Shown here piece after piece: positions 60,941 through 64,000 of a stretch of 64,000 nt of DNA. The notes under the pieces are model-generated. The model was not told where the DNA came from. It saw only the letters and a list, made by a program, of their open reading frames with translations, and did no database searches. Within the stretch, counting starts at the first letter, position 1, and the number at the start of each line of letters is the position of its first letter. The stretch lies in the NCBI GenBank assembly GCA_963675245.1, contig OY775910.1, positions 480,001 to 544,000 of the forward strand, read 5' to 3'. The stretch is from Acholeplasmataceae bacterium. GTDB lineage: Bacteria; Bacillota_I; Bacilli_A; Acholeplasmatales; Acholeplasmataceae. The translations under genes and the position numbers were made by a program.

Positions 60941-61301
60941 CCTCTGTGATGATCTTTATAGCCTGATTCACAATGTCATTTGCACGTTCGAGATTTGATA
61001 AATACAATCCCCCAATTAACGCTTCAAATCCAGTTGCGTAACTATAAGTTTGTCGATCAACGTTTTTTCTACCGCTGCCGCTTGCATTCCTACCACGTTT
61101 GTAGAAATCGAGTTCAGCTTCTGTTAATACTTGATTGTCAATCATTATTTGAATGATTTTCGCTTGTGCTTTACTTGATGTATAAGCAATCGCTTTTTTA
61201 TGTAATTGATTCACGTTGGTGAAATTCTCGTTAATAAGATGTTCACGGACACGATATTCAAAATATGCATCGCCTAAATAGGCTAAAGTTAGTCCATTCA
61301 C
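60933..61301 (-). CDS. mrnC: Mini-ribonuclease III
   Basis: LAYLGDA, KRGRNA, ATGFEALIG; follows cysS; GTG start. Confidence 0.93.
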   Translation of the reverse strand: MNGLTLAYLGDAYFEYRVREHLINENFTNVNQLHKKAIAYTSSKAQAKIIQIMIDNQVLTEAELDFYKRGRNASGSGRKNVDRQTYSYATGFEALIGGLYLSNLERANDIVNQAIKIITEGV

Positions 61302-61304
61302 ACG

Positions 61305-62618
61305 TTATAACCAACCTTGTTCTGTCAATTTAGAACGCAGTTGATCTGCTAATCTAAAGTTCTTTTCAGATCTCGCAATTTCCCATTCACGGTACATTGC
61401 TAATACATCATCTTGTAATTCAAATCTAGGCATAATACCTAAAATTTCCAATATACGTTTGACCGTATTGTAATACATGCTTATTTCTTTTGGATCAATC
61501 GTCTTATTGATTTGTTTCAATTGGTCATACACTAAAGTCATGACATTTGGTGTGTTAAAATCATTGTCCATGATTTTCATAAACGATTTCATCGTTTGAT
61601 CATCGACCATCTTCGAATTGACACCTTCTAATGATAATGATAGATATGCCTTCTTTAGTGTTCTTTTTATTTTATCATATTCTCGAGAGAATTGAATCAT
61701 CAACTCTTCGGAATACCCAATTGGTTGACGATAATGATGACTGATGATTAAAAGTCTAAATGCGAGTGGATCATAGACGTGTAATAAATCTTTCACCAAC
61801 ACGATGTTTCCTAACGATTTACTCATCTTTTCGCCACTCATGTCAAGTCTGCCGACATGCATCCAATACCGTGCTAAATGATGATGATCATGCGCTTCAG
61901 TTTGTGCAATTTCGTTTTCATGATGTGGAAATTTTAAATCTGAACCACCACCATGAATATCAATTTCACCGTGGAATATTTCTCTATTCATCACTGCACA
62001 CTCTGTATGCCAACCTGGTCTACCATTTCCCCAAGGTGAATCAAAGTTTAAGCCAATGGTTGTTCTTTTCCATAAACTAAAATCTCTTGGATCTTCTTTA
62101 TCTTCATCAAGTTGAACACGAACACCTTGATTTAATTCATCCGCTTTTTGATTTGATAAAATGCCATAATCCTTTACTTTAGACACTCTAAAATAGACGC
62201 CAGTATCCGTTTGATAAGCGTATCCTAAATCAATAAGTTCTTGTATATATTCAACCATTGAAACGACATATTCAGTCGCTTTTGGCATTTGATCTGGTAC
62301 ATTTGAACCGAGCATGATTGTCATATTAACAAATGCTTCTTCATAACGTTTAGAAAGTTCGCTTTCTTTCACATTCATCTCAAATGCTTTGTCTATAATT
62401 TTATCATCAACATCCGTCACATTTGACACGAGCTCAACGTCATAATCACATGCTTTTAAGTAGTTCTTAACGACGTCAAAAAAGATGATCGGTCTCGCAT
62501 TTCCGATATGAATATCACCGTAAACTGTAGGACCGCACACATATATAGAAACCCGATTTTTATGAACCGGAACAAACGCTTCAATTTGGTCAGTTAAAGA
62601 GTTATAAATTTTAAGCAT
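61305..62618 (-). CDS. cysS: Cysteine--tRNA ligase
   Basis: CGPTVY, HIGN, GRPGWHTEC, FPHHENE, KMSKS. Confidence 0.98.
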   Translation of the reverse strand: MLKIYNSLTDQIEAFVPVHKNRVSIYVCGPTVYGDIHIGNARPIIFFDVVKNYLKACDYDVELVSNVTDVDDKIIDKAFEMNVKESELSKRYEEAFVNMTIMLGSNVPDQMPKATEYVVSMVEYIQELIDLGYAYQTDTGVYFRVSKVKDYGILSNQKADELNQGVRVQLDEDKEDPRDFSLWKRTTIGLNFDSPWGNGRPGWHTECAVMNREIFHGEIDIHGGGSDLKFPHHENEIAQTEAHDHHHLARYWMHVGRLDMSGEKMSKSLGNIVLVKDLLHVYDPLAFRLLIISHHYRQPIGYSEELMIQFSREYDKIKRTLKKAYLSLSLEGVNSKMVDDQTMKSFMKIMDNDFNTPNVMTLVYDQLKQINKTIDPKEISMYYNTVKRILEILGIMPRFELQDDVLAMYREWEIARSEKNFRLADQLRSKLTEQGWL

Positions 62619-62707
62619 ATCTAACCCTCACCCTTTCACATCCATTATAATTCATTAGCTAGTCTAAAACAAGTAATAGACCGATATTCCACAACTTATA
62701 CTCAATA

Positions 62708-64000
62708 TCAATTCACAATTTTTCTAAGGTTTTCAAGAATTTCAACCATCGCCCACGTGTCTTGTTTACAGTACTCAAGTAAATCATGATAAGACGTCTC
62801 GAACATCTTTTTATTCATATCTGGAAAACGTGCATAAGTCACTAACGCTTCCGTCCCATTACCAACTGCCATACCTTGATAGGTTAAATGACTAAAAATA
62901 GGTAGTACTTTTTTGATTGAAAATGACCCATTAAGCTTATTATCATAAAAGTTAATCATACTCTTTTCATCATTAAATCCTAGCGCTTTAAAGAGTGTTT
63001 TATTGCCTCTTAGAAAGTACATTAAATCTACTAAACGATCCGCCATATGAAGTAATCTTTCACGATACTCTGGAAATATGTCCGCCAGTTCTTTTAATCT
63101 CGTTTTTTCAAATGAAATATTGTACGCCATAATAGAACCACCATCATCTTTAATGACATCAAGCATGCCTTCAACAAGCGCTCTTCTTTCATCGTTATGT
63201 GTGGTCGCGATAAAACTGTAATTATCCTCGTTTTTATCACATACACCCGGCTTACGTTCAATATGAATTGAATATTGAAAAAGCGATTGTGCATATGGTT
63301 TTTCGCCTTTAAAGCGCGGTAATGGACAAGGAAAAGACTCAAAATCTAAATGATAAATTGGGTAAACTAGCGACGCAATCGCCGCTTTTATTTTTTCATA
63401 ATCAAAATAAGGGTTACCAGAATCAATCACGTCGCGTTGTATTTTATTATTATCTCTTGTTAGCCAACTTACAGGGATGTCAGTCGCCTTTACTTTACCT
63501 TCATTAATTAAATCAAACCTGTCATGTTTAACACCTGTTTCATCCGTGAATCCGTTATGTCCACCAAGATAAACAAATAGGCTATTCTTTTCAGGAATAT
63601 CTTTATAACAGATATCATAAAATACACACTGTCTCGTGTCTTTTCTTTGACAATGTTTTCCTAGACTAACAGGACTCGCATCATTTTGATCTAATCGATG
63701 TAAGACAAGTTCAATATCAGATTCAATGACGGGCATGAGTGATTCAGTCAACTTTGTTACATCAATAAAAACAATCGTGTCATCTGGATAAATAGGATTC
63801 CCAAGTGCGTCCACTTTCCCATCATGGACATACTCACTATTTAAAATACTTAAATAATATTTTCGTTTCTTATCTGTTTCAATTGCGTGTTCTAAGACAT
63901 ATCGCTGATATAAGACGTCATATATATATCTGCCTTCACTAGACAACCTATCTTTTAATCTTAAGACCTTTTTGTGATAAGCATCATTGACAGGGTAACC
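62708..64000 (-). CDS. DUF2779-domain protein (RNase H-like fold), N-terminus outside window
   Basis: Frame stays open to the window edge (GYPVNDAYHKKVLRLKDRLSSEG...); YHLDFES, FQYSIH, AYNISFEK, GSFSIKKVLP, LLEYCKQDTWAM. Confidence 0.75.
   Translation of the reverse strand, partial: GYPVNDAYHKKVLRLKDRLSSEGRYIYDVLYQRYVLEHAIETDKKRKYYLSILNSEYVHDGKVDALGNPIYPDDTIVFIDVTKLTESLMPVIESDIELVLHRLDQNDASPVSLGKHCQRKDTRQCVFYDICYKDIPEKNSLFVYLGGHNGFTDETGVKHDRFDLINEGKVKATDIPVSWLTRDNNKIQRDVIDSGNPYFDYEKIKAAIASLVYPIYHLDFESFPCPLPRFKGEKPYAQSLFQYSIHIERKPGVCDKNEDNYSFIATTHNDERRALVEGMLDVIKDDGGSIMAYNISFEKTRLKELADIFPEYRERLLHMADRLVDLMYFLRGNKTLFKALGFNDEKSMINFYDNKLNGSFSIKKVLPIFSHLTYQGMAVGNGTEALVTYARFPDMNKKMFETSYHDLLEYCKQDTWAMVEILENLRKIVN

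Noticed and set aside
4560..63507. Many 60-155 aa ORFs antisense to or nested in long genes (e.g. 33069-33494, 37857-38291, 42189-42599, 44952-45419, 60471-60911)
   Set aside because: Shadow frames of conserved genes, with no recognisable motifs or convincing RBS
1..64000. tRNA, rRNA, transposase, integrase or prophage genes
   Set aside because: Intergenic spaces are short and explained by promoters, leaders and terminators; no such motifs were seen

Overview
Low-GC chromosomal window read with the standard genetic code (TGA ends ORFs such as tatD and psuK). Gene content and fusions (GdpP-L9, many lipoproteins, no cell-wall genes in this window) suggest an Acholeplasmatales-like Mollicute; this taxonomy is an inference. 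The minus-strand backbone is conserved Bacillota order: cysS-mrnC-rlmB-sigH-like-rpmG-secE-nusG, rplKAJL-rsmC-rpoBC, rpsL-rpsG-fusA-tuf, and rpsF-ssb-rpsR-gdpP/rplI-dnaB. About 19 kb of accessory DNA separates rpoC from rpsL. It holds psuKG, a two-component system flanked by two lipoproteins, a serine palmitoyltransferase + SDR pair, a xylose locus and a dockerin-loop lipoprotein. Main leads: (1) a translationally coupled spt + ketosphinganine-reductase-like operon, a candidate for de novo sphingolipid synthesis; (2) a xyl promoter with XylR operator and cre located beyond the 3' end of xylR, so that it would transcribe antisense through the repressor gene; (3) RpoC with two alpha-CTD-like domains at its N-terminus; (4) a GdpP-L9 fusion that keeps a strong internal RBS for L9; (5) Pho-box-like tandem repeats in front of both lipoproteins flanking the two-component system. 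No rRNA, tRNA, CRISPR array or mobile element was seen. All family calls are by eye; no searches were run.
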